In this document: positions 13,801 through 25,065 of the stretch, piece by piece
Layout of the letters: every line of letters begins with the position of its first letter
Position numbering within the stretch: the stretch's first letter is position 1
Assembly (NCBI GenBank): GCA_965235115.1
Contig: OZ249436.1
Span: forward strand, 43,464,001-43,528,000
DNA: 64,000 bases
Direction: 5' to 3'
From: Laetmonice hystrix
Taxonomy: Eukaryota
The notes under the pieces: generated by a model
The model's input: only the letters and a program-made list of their open reading frames with translations
Database searches by the model: none
Told to the model about the DNA's origin: nothing
Translations under genes and position numbers: made by a program

Positions 13801-16800
13801 TCTAGTTGTGGGGTGTTGGGGTGTGGGGTCTGGTTGTGGTGTGTGGGCCGGGTCTGGGGTCTGGGAGTGGGGTGTGGGGGGGCGGTTGTGGGGTGGGGGT
13901 GGGGGGTCTGGTTGTGGGGTCTGGGGGCCGGGTCTGGGGCCTGGTTGTGGGGTGTGGGGGGGGGTCTGGTTGTGGGGTGTGGGGGCCGGGTCTGGGGTCT
14001 GGTTGTGGGGTGTGGGGGGGTCTGGTTGTGGGGTGTGGGGGCCGGGTCTGGGGTCTGGTTGTGGGGTGTGGGGGGTCTGGTTGTGGGGTCTGGGGGGTCT
14101 GGTTGTGGGGTGCGGGGGCCGGGTCTGGGGTCTGGTTGTGGGGTGCGGGGGCCGGGTCTGGGTCTGGGGTCTGGTTGTGGGGTGTGGGGGCCGGGTCTGG
14201 GGTCTGGTTGTGGGGTGTGGGGGGTCTGGTTGTGGGCTGTGCTCTGTGGGAACAGGTGGGGTCTGGACACCCCCCCCCCCCCCCCCCCGACACGCGCCTG
14301 ACAACTCTATCCCTCACCATACCGTGGGAACACTACCATGAGGAATAGCCAGCCAACGACTCAGGTGTGGTGGTAAGTGCGATGGTTCAGGTGCTCGCGA
14401 CTGATCGATGTCTTTTTGTCCCCCCCACAACAAGGTCCTGACTGTGGGAAAACGCTGCAGGTATATATACGGGGTGATCAGCTGACGGGGGGTGGGGGTA
14501 AAGAGGTTACCGGGGTATGGTGTGTTTAGTGCTGTGTAGCAGTGGTTCAGGTATACGTCCGGAAGGTTGGCCATGTATTATGTGATGTAACAAAGACTTT
14601 GCTGGTAAGGTGTCACATGACTTGGGAAGGCAGTTATTAACACACTCTGTAATAACACACTCTCTGGTAATAGTTCCATTATTATACGGATGGAAGTTTG
14701 GTTATTTCCTTCACAAGATGTAATTTCGTTCAGGTGAAAAATTCTGTGTTCCATCGAAATAGTTTTGTTATAAAGAAACATATTATCTTCCCCGCACATA
14801 ACTTATTTTATCTCAGTTCCTCGAAGCACTAGTTACAGCGACTGGAAACATTTTGTAATTTCATCTTAAAGACATTTGAGAGAGCGAAAGCCTTTGGGGG
14901 AAAGAAACATTATTCAATGCACAGGGCCGGCGCAACCTGTTTGCGGTTGGGGGGGGGGGGTAACATTCCATTAGGGCACCTAGAGGTCAATGCCCAATCG
15001 TAGTGATGCCCGTCTTTGTTGACACTTCCTTATAAAAAGGGCACCATCAACGAGAAAAAGGCACCATCAACCAAAATTCTGGGGAGGTAAATACCCCCTC
15101 TACCCCCGGTCGCGCCGGCCCTGATGCAGAGACATAAACAACAGGAAACAGCTGCAGAGAGTTGTGTTGAAGGAGACCAAAAAAGGACATCGCACCTGCT
15201 GAGTTGATCAAATGTCTTTACGATAGATCTAGATTAAAACTGCCTTCAATCGTTATTTGTTAAAACTTTAGGGATTTCAGATGGAACAATAATTGTGTTA
15301 GGACAACGTTAGCCGCTCGTTGATAACTGATGGTCATATCTCCCTGAACGACGTCGGTACAGTTTACAGACTGTCACATGATCCATGTAGTTTATTAACT
15401 GACTGTCACACCTTGTCATAGAGTGACTCCGACCTATGTAGTTTATTAACTGACTGTCACACCTTGTCATAGAGTGACTCCGACCCATGTAGTTTATTAA
15501 CTGACTGTAACACCTTGTCATTGAGTGACTCCGACCCATGTAGTTTATTAACTGACTGTCACATCTTGTCATTGAGGGACTCCGACCCATGTAGTTTATT
15601 AACTGACTGTCACACCTTGTCGTTGCGGGACTGACTGTCACACTTTGTCGTTGAGGGACTCCGACCCATGTAGTTTATTAACTGACTGTCAAACCTTGTC
15701 GTTGAGGGACTGACTGTCACACCTTGTCGTTGCGGGACTCCGACCCATGTAGTTTATTAACTGACTGTCACACCTTGTCATTGCGGGACTGACTGTCACA
15801 CCTTGTCGTCACTGACTGTCACACCTTGTCGTCACTGACTGTCACACCTTGTCGTCACTGACTGTCACACCTTGTCGTTGCGGGACTGACTGTCACACCT
15901 TGTCGTCACTGACTGTCACACCTTGTCGTTGCGGGACTGACTGTCACACCTTGTCGTCACTGACTGTCACACCTTGTCGTTGCGGGACTGACTGTCACAC
16001 GTTGTCGTTGCCCCCCAGGAGCGGAGCATCATTCGGTGAGCTTCAGCTGACGCCGTCCAAGGACCGACTAGACAGCGAGTACTTCAACGTGGGCCTTGAC
16101 GACTTGGAGGTCATCACCACGCTCGGCATGGGAGGCTTTGGCCGCGTCGAATTGGTATATGTCATCTTCTCACCAACCAACCTTTGTTACATGATTTTGA
16201 TACGGCGCAGAGATTTTCTTCGCCTGTCAGTGGATCAGGCCAACGTGCCACCTGGCGTAACATGAGCTATTCAAACATATATATAGTTCTGTTTTTCCCA
16301 CTAGATGGCGATAGAGGTGTACATTGGGGAGCGGCTCCTCAGTTCTGACCCCCATCCCCCGTAACGCTTTCCTTCAATGCGACAATGGATCTTTATAATG
16401 GACTGTAACGCTTGGACATACACCCCCACCCCATTTTTTCTCGCGAATTATTATTTTATCTTTATTGCACTTCATTCACTGCAGTACAGTAGAGTCGGCC
16501 GATAAATTAGTAATGCCTAATCGGTATTTTTTCAATTGATTTCTTTCTTATAAAAGGAATTTTCATTGACTCTGTTTGTGGGTGTAGGTGGTACTGTCCA
16601 GTGACAGGACGAAAACGTATGCGCTAAAATGTTTAAAGAAGAAACACATCATGGAAACTCGTCAACAAGAGCACATCTTCTCAGAGAAACGTATTATGAT
16701 GGAGGCACGGTGCCCCTTCATCGCCAGGTAAGCATCAAAGTGCATTTAGAAGGAGAGGAAAAATGATACACTAACAACATGGATTTGGTGAAATTAATCA

Positions 16801-19800
16801 GTAATATCCACAAAGATACTGCAGGGGGGTCGTTACTCCTGCTAGTTCTAGCCTATAATTCTAGTTAAAATGTTCCTGATACCTTTGTAGGTTATACAAG
16901 ACGTTTAAGAATAATTATGTTTACATGTTGATGGTGGAGTACGGTACTTTGTGATATTTTTGTAGGTTATACAAGACGTTTAAGGATAAATAATATGTTT
17001 ACATGTTGACGGTGGAGTACGGTACTCTTTGATACTGTTGTAGGTTATACACGACGTTTAAGGATAAGAAATGTGTTTACATGTTGACGGTGGAGTACGG
17101 TACTCTTTGATACTGTTGTAGGTTATACAAGACGTTTAAGGACAAGAAATATGTTTACATGTTGATGGAGGTGTGTTTAGGCGGAGAACTATGGACCATC
17201 CTCCGTGACAGGTAAGTTTCTCTTATTGAACCCGGGGCGGCGTTTTACAAACGTTGTGGAAACATTATTACATTGAAGAAAACTGCATTGTGTTAGCTGA
17301 AATAGTAGGTGTACCAGATCACCAGAGAATATGATTACTTTTGCCGTTTTTATGCATAAAGACATGTTTTGTAGGGGTAACTTTGACGACATTTTTACTC
17401 ATGAAGATATGTTTTTGTAGGGGTAACTTTGACGACATTTTTACTCATGAAGATATGTTTTTGTAGGGGTAACTTTGACGACATTTTACTCATAAAGATA
17501 TGTTTTTGTAGGGGTAACTTTGACGACATTTTTACTCGTAAAGCTATGTTTTTGTAGGGGTAACTTTGACGACGTTTTACTCATAAAGATATGTTTTTGT
17601 AGGGGTAACTTTGACGACAGTTTTACTCATAAAGATATGTTTTTGTAGGGGTAACTTTGACGACATTTTTACTCATAAAGATATTTTTTGTAGGGGTAAC
17701 TTTGACGACGTTTTACTCATAAAGATATGTTTTTGTAGGGGTAACTTTGACGACAGTTTTACTCATAAAGATATGTTTTTGTAGGGGTAACTTTGACGAC
17801 ATTTTTACTCATAAAGATATTTTTTGTAGGGGTAACTTTGACGACAGTTTTACTCATAAAGATATGTTTTTGTAGGGGTAACTTTGACGACATTTTTACT
17901 CATAAAGATATGTTTTTGTAGGGGTAACTTTGACGACATTTTTACTCATGAAGATAAGTTTTTGTAGGGGTAACTTTGACGACGGTTTTAATCATAAAGA
18001 TATGTTTTTTTAGGGGTAACTTTGACGACTATACGACCCGGTTTTGTGTGTCGTGTGTTATCGAGGCGTTTGAGTATCTCCACGCTAGGGGCATCATCTA
18101 CCGGGACCTGAAACCAGAGAATCTGCTGCTCAGTAACACTGGTTACGTCAAACTGGTTAGTAACTTACACTGTACAGTAACTTGGGTAGTAACTTACGCT
18201 GTCCGTCAACTTGGGTAGTAACTTACGCTGTCCGTCAGACTGGGTAGTAACTTACGCTGTCCGTCAGACTGGGTAGTAACTTACGCTGTCCGTCAGACTG
18301 GGTAGTAACTTACGCTGTCCGTCAAACTGGTTAGTAACTTACGCTGTCCGTCAACTTGGGTAGTAACTTACGCTGTCCGTCAACTTGGGTAGTAACTTAC
18401 GCTGTCCGTCAACTTGGGTAGTAACTTACGCTGTCCGTCAAACTGGGTTGTAACTTACACTGTACGTTAACTTGGGTAGTAACTTACGCTGTCCGTCAGA
18501 CTGGGTAGTAACTTACGCTGTCCGTCAAACTGGGTTGTAACTTACACTGTACGTTAACTTGGGTAGTAACTTACGCTGTCCGTCAGACTGGGTAGTAACT
18601 TACGCTATCCGTCAGACTGGGTTGTAACTTACACTGTCCGTCAAACTGGTTCGTAACTTACACTGTACGTTAACTTGGGTAGTAACTTACGCTGTCCGTC
18701 AGACTGGGTAGTAACTTACGCTGTCCGTCAGACTGGGTTGTAACTTACGCTGTCCGTCAGACTGGGTTGTAACTTACGCTGTCCGTCAAACTGGGTAGTA
18801 ACTTACGCTGTCCGTCAGACTGGGTAGTAACTTACGCTGTCCGTCAAACTGGGTAGTAACTTACGCTGTCCGTCAGACTGGGTAGTAACTTACGCTGTCC
18901 GTCAAACTGGTTAGTAACTTACGCTGTCCATCAGACTGGGTAGTAACTTACGCTGTCCGTCAACTTGGGTAGTAACTTACGCTGTCCGTCAAACTGGGTA
19001 GTAACTTACGTTGTCCGTCAGACTGGGTAGTAACTTACGCTGTCCGTCAGACTGGGTAGTAACTTACGCTGTCCGTCAGACTGGGTAGTAACTTACGCTG
19101 TCCGTCAAACTGGGTAGTAACTTACGCTGTCCGTCAAACTGGGTAGTAACTTACGCTGTCCGTCAAACTGGTTAGTAACTTACGCTGTCCGTCAAACTGG
19201 GTAGTAACTTACGTTGTCCGTCAGACTGGGTAGTAACTTACGCTGTCCATCAGACTGGGTAGTAACTTACGTTGTCCGTCAAACTGGGTAGTAACTTACG
19301 TTGTCCGTCAAACTGGGTAGTAACTTACGCTGTCCGTCAGACTGGGTAGTAACTTACGCTGTCCGTCAGACTGGTTAGTAACTTACGCTGTCCATCAGAC
19401 TGGTTAGTAACTTACGCTGTCCGTCAGACTGGGTAGTAACTTACGCTGTCCGTCAAACTGGTTAGTAACTTATGCTGTCCATCAGACTGGGTAGTAACTT
19501 ACGCTGTCCGTCAGACTGGGTAGTAACTTACGCTGTCCGTCAGACTGGGTTGTAACTTACGCTGTCCGTCAGACTGGGTAGTAACTTACGCTGTCCGTCA
19601 GACTGGGTAGTAACTTACGCTGTCCGTCAGACTGGGTAGTAACTTACGCTGTCCGTCAGACTGGGTAGTAACTTACGCTGTCCGTCAACTTGGGTAGTAA
19701 CTTACGCTGTCCGTCAGACTGGGTAGTAACTTACGCTGTCCGTCAACTTAGGTAGTAACTTACGCTGTCCGTCAGACTGGGTAGTAACTTACACTGTCCT

Positions 19801-22720
19801 TCAACTTGGGTAGTAACTTACGCTGTCCGTCAGACTGGTTAGTAACTTACGCTGTCCATCAGACTGGTTAGTAACTTACGCTGTCCGTCAGACTGGGTAG
19901 TAACTTACGCTGTCTGTCAAACTGGTTAGTAACTTACGCTGTCCATCAGACTGGGTAGTAACTTACGCTGTCCGTCAGACTGGGTAGTAACTTACGCTGT
20001 CCGTCAGACTGGGTTGTAACTTACGCTGTCCGTCAGACTGGGTAGTAACTTACGCTGTCCGTCAGACTGGGTAGTAACTTACGCTGTCCGTCAGACTGGG
20101 TAATAACTTACGCTGTCCGTCAGACTGGGTAGTAACTTACGCTGTCCGTCAACTTGGGTAGTAACTTACGCTGTCCGTCAGACTGGGTAGTAACTTACGC
20201 TGTCCGTCAACTTAGGTAGTAACTTACGCTGTCCGTCAGACTGGGTAGTAACTTACACTGTCCTTCAACTTGGGTAGTAACTTACGCTGTCCGTCAACTT
20301 GGGTAGTAACTTACGCTGTCCGTCAGACTGGGTTGTAACTTACGCTGTCCGTCAGACTGGGTAGTAACTTACGCTGTCCGTCAACTTGGGTAGTAACTTA
20401 CGCGGTCCGTCAGACTGGGTAGTAACTTACGCTGTCCGTCAAACTGGTTAGTAACTTACGCTGTCCGTCAAACTGGTTAGTAACTTACGCTGTCCGTCAA
20501 ACTGGTTAGTAACTTACGCTGTCCGTCAGACTGGGTAGTAACTTACGCTGTCCATCAGACTGGGTAGTAACTTACGCGGTCCGTCAGACTGGGTAGTAAC
20601 TTACGCTGTCCGTCAGACTGGGTAGTAACTTACGCTGTCCATCAGACTGGGTAGTAACTTACGCTGTCCATCAGACTGGGTAGTAACTTACGCTGTCCGT
20701 CAGACTGGGAAGTAACTTACGCTGTCCGTCAGACTGGGTAGTAACTTACGCTGTCCGTCAGACTGGGTAGTAACTTACACTGTCCGTCAGACTGGGAAGT
20801 AACTTACGCTGTCCGTCAGACTGGGAAGTAACTTACGCTGTCCGTCAGACTGGGTAGTAACGTACACTGTACATCAACTTGGGTAATAACAGTACAGTAC
20901 AGTGTAATAACGTCAAACTCGTATTCCCTGAATACCACCTTTCATTCTCCCCCGTCTGGTCCCGTCTAGGTTGACTTTGGATTCGCCAAGAAGATTGGCT
21001 CTGGTCGCAAGACGTGGACCTTCTGTGGCACTCCTGAGTATGTGGCCCCAGAAATTATCCTTAACAAGGGCCATGACCACGCGTCGGACTACTGGTCACT
21101 CGGCATACTTATGTTTGAACTTCTTACTGGCAGGTGAGCGTTTCAGGCTAAGGTTTTTGGGGGAGGGGGTAGGTAGCTTATCATACCCATGTTTGTAGAT
21201 CAGTATACCCCTTGAGCTCTCATCAGGTAGATTAGTATATCCTCAGCCTCAGACTGGGTAGGAAGTATGTATTCTCATACTTGAGCTCCTCACAGTCGGG
21301 AGAGTTAACTTAATTTTGAGCGGCTGGCAGACAGGTGAGTTTACTCCCCATGTGATGTCATCAGATGAGTTCAGAAAAGCTCTGATATCCTATACAAGAT
21401 GTTATCATCTATATGTATGTTTTGGCTGGTTATTTGTCTGAATCCAGTATCTGTTTACAGCCCGCCATTCTCAAGTTCTGACCCTATGAAAACTTACAAC
21501 ATCATTCTGAAGGGCATCGATGTCATTGAGTTCTCCAAGAAAATCAGCCGGAACGCTCACAACCTGATCAAACGTCTGTGTCGTGATATTCCGTCAGAAC
21601 GTCTCGGCTACGGCAAGAATGGAATCAACGACATCAAAAAACACAAGTTCGTGGCTCAATCTATGCGTTACTTCTATCAGGGTTAGGGGGATTCTACAGC
21701 TGACCTAACCAGCCAACCTGAGCCGCTTACAAACGGCATAAAGATAGAGTGTAAACAATTTTCGAGTTGTTCAAATTGATGTTTCGATTCTGTAGAGGGC
21801 AAATCTCGGAGCCAAAGATATTTTCAGAACATGTAATAAACAAACAGGAGGACAATTATATAAAGTAATTCTGTAAACAATCAAATTGTCATATATTTAT
21901 TACTTTACCTTCAGATGGTTTCAAGGATTTGATTGGGAAGGTCTCCAAAACCAGTCGTTATCTCCCATGATAGTCCCTAAGGTATGTATCTGTTTACATC
22001 CCGCCATTCTCAAGCTCAGACTATGAAAACTTCTTAAGGCGATTGATGTCATTGAGTTACCCAAGAAAATCAGCCATGTTTGATATCATATTGTCAGCCA
22101 TGTTTTGTATAATATTGTGTGCCAGTGGATCCGGCTACGATGGCGGGTCTTCACGGAATATGGCCACCTTGACAGAACGACCAAACGGCAGTCGTGCTAT
22201 ATCTGATCTGCCACTGTGAGTTAAATTTCAGGCCAGTTCCGGTCAATCTGGCCCAGATTTCAGAGAAACAACAAAAGTCTTGAATTGAAGATAACGTGGC
22301 GGTCATATTTTGACATGTTATATTTTGTAGGTTAAGGGCCTGACAGACTTCAGTAACTTTAACATGTTATATTTTGCAGGTTAAGGGTCCGACAGACTTC
22401 AGTAACTTTAACATGTTATATCTTGCAGGTTAAGGGTCCGACAGACTTCAGTAACTTTAACATGTTATATTTTGCAGGTGACGGGTCCGGCAGACTTCAG
22501 TAACTTTAACATGTTATATTTTGCAGGTTAAGGGTCCGACAGACTTCAGTAACTTTATCATGTTATATTTTGCAGGTTAAGGGTCCGACAGACTTCAGTA
22601 ACTTTAACATGTTATATTTTGCAGGTGAAGGGTCCGACAGACTTCAGTAACTTTGACAGTTATCCCAAGAACATGGAGATTCCTCCTGACGATACCTCCG
22701 GTTGGGACTCCGACTTCTAG
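4677..22720 (+). CDS. PRKG1: cGMP-dependent protein kinase (PKG), 5'-partial, 16 exons: 4677-4864, 5330-5440, 5786-5891, 9250-9313, 10271-10348, 11054-11148, 12051-12119, 13573-13650, 16019-16154, 16588-16727, 17122-17211, 18014-18155, 20970-21133, 21461-21646, 21915-21981, 22625-22720
   Basis: All introns are GT-AG and phases match (1810 nt, one open frame to TAG). Motifs: [83 protein letters not shown]-terminal SGWDSDF. PRKG1/for versus PRKG2/dg1-type orthology cannot be settled by eye. Confidence 0.95.
5330..5440 (+). CDS. PRKG1: PKG exon, CNB-A phosphate-binding cassette ([13 protein letters not shown]...[17 protein letters not shown])
   Basis: Tandem acceptor GAG/AAG (start 5327 or 5330), donor aaag|gtaaca. 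Confidence 0.92.
5786..5891 (+). CDS. PRKG1: PKG exon ([35 protein letters not shown])
   Basis: ttgcag| ... cag|gtaaga, phases 1 and 2 fit neighbours. Confidence 0.93.
5899..6530. repeat. 31/36-bp minisatellite starting just after a donor
   Basis: gtcctggacaaattaactgatacctgacata. Confidence 0.9.
7168..7335. repeat. 32-bp minisatellite, about 5 copies
   Basis: caagaacaaaactatttttatcttatattgga. Confidence 0.85.
7541..8395. repeat. 293-bp tandem duplication running into a ~31-bp minisatellite
   Basis: 7541-7833 is repeated at 7834-8126; gcgcttgtgattggttgaaacgatagtatg units follow. Confidence 0.85.
8693..9252 (+). repeat. 43-bp array containing the acceptor of the next exon, 13 copies
   Basis: tttgtcattgcag|tgtcccacgacagtggaaactatcattcgg. 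Confidence 0.95.
9250..9313 (+). CDS. PRKG1: PKG exon ([22 protein letters not shown])
   Basis: ttgcag| ... gtg|gtgagt. Confidence 0.92.
9323..10010. repeat. ~85-bp minisatellite, about 8 copies, abutting a donor
   Basis: caactgtattgtcatgtcgtatcatctaaatataaaactcgcc units. Confidence 0.9.
10271..10348 (+). CDS. PRKG1: PKG exon, CNB-B ([26 protein letters not shown])
   Basis: ttccag| ... gag|gtgcga. Confidence 0.93.
10545..10860. repeat. ~88-bp degenerate tandem repeat, 3-4 copies
   Basis: aggacttatttctacacaagttaacgatatcgttaataatgagaggtgcagtgagact. Confidence 0.8.
11054..11148 (+). CDS. PRKG1: PKG exon, CNB-B ([31 protein letters not shown])
   Basis: ctgcag| ... aag|gtaggt. Confidence 0.93.
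11343..11840. mobile_element. Foldback MITE with about 210-bp TIRs and TTAA TSD (Kolobok-like termini AGGG...CCCT)
   Basis: Arms 11343-~11552 and ~11628-11840 are near-perfect reverse complements; TTAA at 11339-11342 and 11841-11844. Confidence 0.9.
12051..12119 (+). CDS. PRKG1: PKG exon ([23 protein letters not shown])
   Basis: ttgtag| ... ga|gtaagt. Confidence 0.93.
12232..12860. repeat. 32-bp minisatellite, about 20 copies
   Basis: cgtaacgctggtatgtcacgttcactgccgaa. Confidence 0.93.
13573..13650 (+). CDS. PRKG1: PKG exon ([26 protein letters not shown])
   Basis: taccag| ... cag|gtgagt. Confidence 0.92.
13730..14240. repeat. G-tract minisatellite (G-quadruplex-prone)
   Basis: ggggtctggttgtggggtgtggggg units. 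Confidence 0.9.
14922..15123. mobile_element. Small MITE, TIR CAGGGCCGGCGC
   Basis: cagggccggcgcaacc ... ggtcgcgccggccctg, flanked by atgca on both sides. Confidence 0.75.
15368..16010. repeat. Composite minisatellite ending at an acceptor
   Basis: actgactgtcacaccttgtcgt core, units of variable length. Confidence 0.88.
16019..16154 (+). CDS. PRKG1: PKG exon, linker and glycine-rich loop (…[17 protein letters not shown])
   Basis: ccccag| ... ttg|gtatat. Confidence 0.92.
16588..16727 (+). CDS. PRKG1: PKG exon ([46 protein letters not shown])
   Basis: gtgtag| ... cag|gtaagc. Confidence 0.94.
16876..17168 (+). repeat. 75-78-bp array of acceptor plus exon start, 4 copies
   Basis: tgtag|gttatacaagacgtttaag at 16891, 16966, 17044, 17122. 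Confidence 0.93.
17122..17211 (+). CDS. PRKG1: PKG exon ([30 protein letters not shown])
   Basis: ttgtag| ... cag|gtaagt. Confidence 0.94.
17355..18029 (+). repeat. ~46-bp array of acceptor plus exon start, 15 copies
   Basis: ttttactcataaagatatgtttttgtag|gggtaactttgacgac. Confidence 0.95.
18014..18155 (+). CDS. PRKG1: PKG exon, catalytic loop ([11 protein letters not shown]...[19 protein letters not shown])
   Basis: ttttag| ... ctg|gttagt. Confidence 0.94.
18146..20880 (+). repeat. 29-bp array derived from exon end plus donor, about 94 copies
   Basis: cgtca(a/g)actg|g(t/g)tagtaacttacgctgtc. Confidence 0.95.
20970..21133 (+). CDS. PRKG1: PKG exon, activation segment ([28 protein letters not shown]...FELLTG)
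   Basis: gtctag| ... cag|gtgagc. Confidence 0.95.
21461..21646 (+). CDS. PRKG1: PKG exon ([21 protein letters not shown]...[16 protein letters not shown])
   Basis: ttacag| ... caa|gttcgt (weak donor, but phase fits the next exon KWF). Confidence 0.92.
21915..21981 (+). CDS. PRKG1: PKG exon ([23 protein letters not shown])
   Basis: cttcag| ... aag|gtatgt. Confidence 0.93.
21986..22075 (+). pseudogene. Decayed partial duplicate of PKG exon 21461-21646
   Basis: Aligns to about 21447-21550 with indels; acceptor CAG mutated to CAT. Confidence 0.85.
22312..22654 (+). repeat. 49-bp array of acceptor plus last-exon start, 7 copies
   Basis: Exon-start positions 22331, 22380, 22429, 22478, 22527, 22576, 22625. 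Confidence 0.95.
22625..22720 (+). CDS. PRKG1: PKG last coding exon, AGC C-tail ([31 protein letters not shown])
   Basis: ttgcag| ... TAG at 22718-22720. Confidence 0.94.
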   Translation: MKGPTDFSNFDSYPKNMEIPPDDTSGWDSDF

Positions 22721-23225
22721 TCATCATTATATTATATATTATAATATATTTATTATAATATTATTATTTACTACATCATATTGATCTAATAATAAGTATC
22801 TTATCATCATACCTGTATGCATGTACAATGTATACATCGTTAGCCATGATAACCGGACCAATCTGCGCTACCAGTGCTGACTGTTGATATGTTTCCGCTG
22901 GCTGATAGCGAGAGCTCTTCTGTTTTCTCTGTGAGAAACCCTGAAGGGGTGCACCTGGAAGGGGTGGGGATGACCATAAACACACTCCCAAACACCGCTA
23001 AACTCACGTCTCTATCTCTACACAATCAGCATGTCACTGCCTATCGTGTTTCCATAGTAACCGTCTCGAACCCCATGGACATTAAATTCATAACTCCAGG
23101 GGCGGATCTAAGATGTTTCATAGTATGGCTGGGAAAGGATTGCCTTCTTACGTGGAGTATATTTCGCATTGGCTAGTCCTTCCGGGGCCTTGAGTTATGT
23201 ATACAGTGTTATTGGACAGGCTATG

Positions 23226-23601
23226 TAAGGCAAAAACAAAAATTCCCGGTTTCTGGTGTAAAGAACATTTCAAAAGTGGTGCGGTGGCGCCGGGCTTTTT
23301 TAAAGATTTTTTTTTTTGGGGGTGACAGTTGGCTAAAATGGTAAGCTTTGTAAGAATTAACATGTAAAACGAACTCATAAACAAGGACCTAATCGCTTTG
23401 AATACAACACACTTCTGTGGCAGTGTTAATGAAATATCCCGGAAATATCCATTACAACAATGGTTAGTTTCAAGCCTTACCGCTAGGTGGCAGCACAATT
23501 CACACACTCATCAAGGTGAGGGCAAGAAAAAAAACACTGATGCGCGGCATCTGAAGTGACGCGCGCGCGTACCAGAAACCGGGAATTTGTTTTTGGCCTA
23601 A
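23226..23601. mobile_element. MITE in the PKG 3' region
   Basis: About 30-bp inverted repeats aaggcaaaaacaaaaattcccggtttctggt / accagaaaccgggaatttgtttttggccta. Confidence 0.65.
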
Positions 23602-25065
23602 CATATGGTCCTTTAATGTGACCATGTGACCATGTTATCTACGGTCTGTGACTGAATGGCAGCTCTCGCTGATGGCGTTTTAAGGAGAGGGAATTACAGT
23701 CGATATGAAAGACTATTGAGGTAGCAACATTATAAAAAAAGGTTATTTATAAAAAAAAACACGGTATTTTACCTATGTGCCAAACAGTCGCGTTGTCCGG
23801 ATATAGAAGAGTTTAATTGTAACCCCTCTGCTCCCATCAGGCACTTGCTGCGGGGACTTGACTGAGTCGTATGGTGCCTCATTTAGATAAAAACAAGTAG
23901 AAGAAAATATATCGGCACAGTTTTTTACGGTTACTCCGGTACCTGGCTGATGGTTTCTGCTGACCATATTGTAGACTGGGAGGGTTTCATCCGGGTATGT
24001 TCATTGACTGCCAGTCACACAGCATCCAATCGGGTGTAGCAACTCATCTGTCTATAACTTGACTTCACCAGATGTGCAGTATTACGCAAAGCATGGTTGA
24101 AAAGTGTACGTGTTGAAAACGTTTTATATAGCAACCAAAATAACTATTGAAAAATGTGCCTGTAGAGAAACTAGGTTGTATTGTTTTAAAATGTCTTTGA
24201 GTTGTTAAAATATCTGAAGGTCGGCGTACAGGGTTAGCATTACGGAGTTTTCCATGCGTCTAAACAAATTCGCCCAGGTCGAGGCCTCCCCTTCTAGATT
24301 GGACAAGTTAGATGATGTCAAAAAGAAATCATGTTTCATCTGTCCTAACTGATTACGATATACATGTATATTATAATTAGTTTTAAAATTAGTTTTAAGG
24401 CCTCCACCTTACATAATGATGGGACATCTTTACTGCTAGCCCTGCAGGGAGGATGGCTTGTGGTGCGACTGCTGCTACGTTCAGTCGTTGAACGTTGTCT
24501 GTATTTGTAATTAATGATGGTGGACGACATTTGATATGGTTCGCATATAGAAAGGCATAACGCCTTAAAAAATCCCTTTTAATTTCCTATCATTTCCTTT
24601 TTAATAATCCATATGCATAGAGAGATTCTGTGTATTGGTAAAAAGGTAATTTTCTCTAGAAGGATAGAATAAACACTCAGTTTTTAGGGTCAGTTGTATT
24701 TTATCTCAGATTACTTTAGAGAAAACACATTTGATTTTAGACCCTGATGACGATCCACTTGAATCAAAGGATGTATATAAAATGTACTATGTACAATATT
24801 AACATACCTTCTCTTGCATGAATGTACTCGTAAAATATATCATGAAATGGTGGATTTTCCAATATAATAAATGCGGCATTCTCTTCCAATGTAAAACTAT
24901 AGCCGTGTATCGGTATCCATAGTCAGTGTAGATGTATACTTATTGTTTCCTACTTTGTAAGGTATCATCTTGTCTGACTGACAGGAGTGTTCTATGATCA
25001 TAACGTGATATCAACTGACCAATAGTATGGCACAGCTTGATACCCTTTAATTTGTATAGTCAAAA

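Noticed and set aside
13621..14348. Gly/Pro-rich ORFs in all six frames
   Set aside because: G-tract repeat inside a PKG intron; no stop codons because of base composition
14326..14372. Possible extra PKG microexon ending gtg|gtaagt
   Set aside because: No convincing pyrimidine-rich acceptor, and the flanking exons already join in frame
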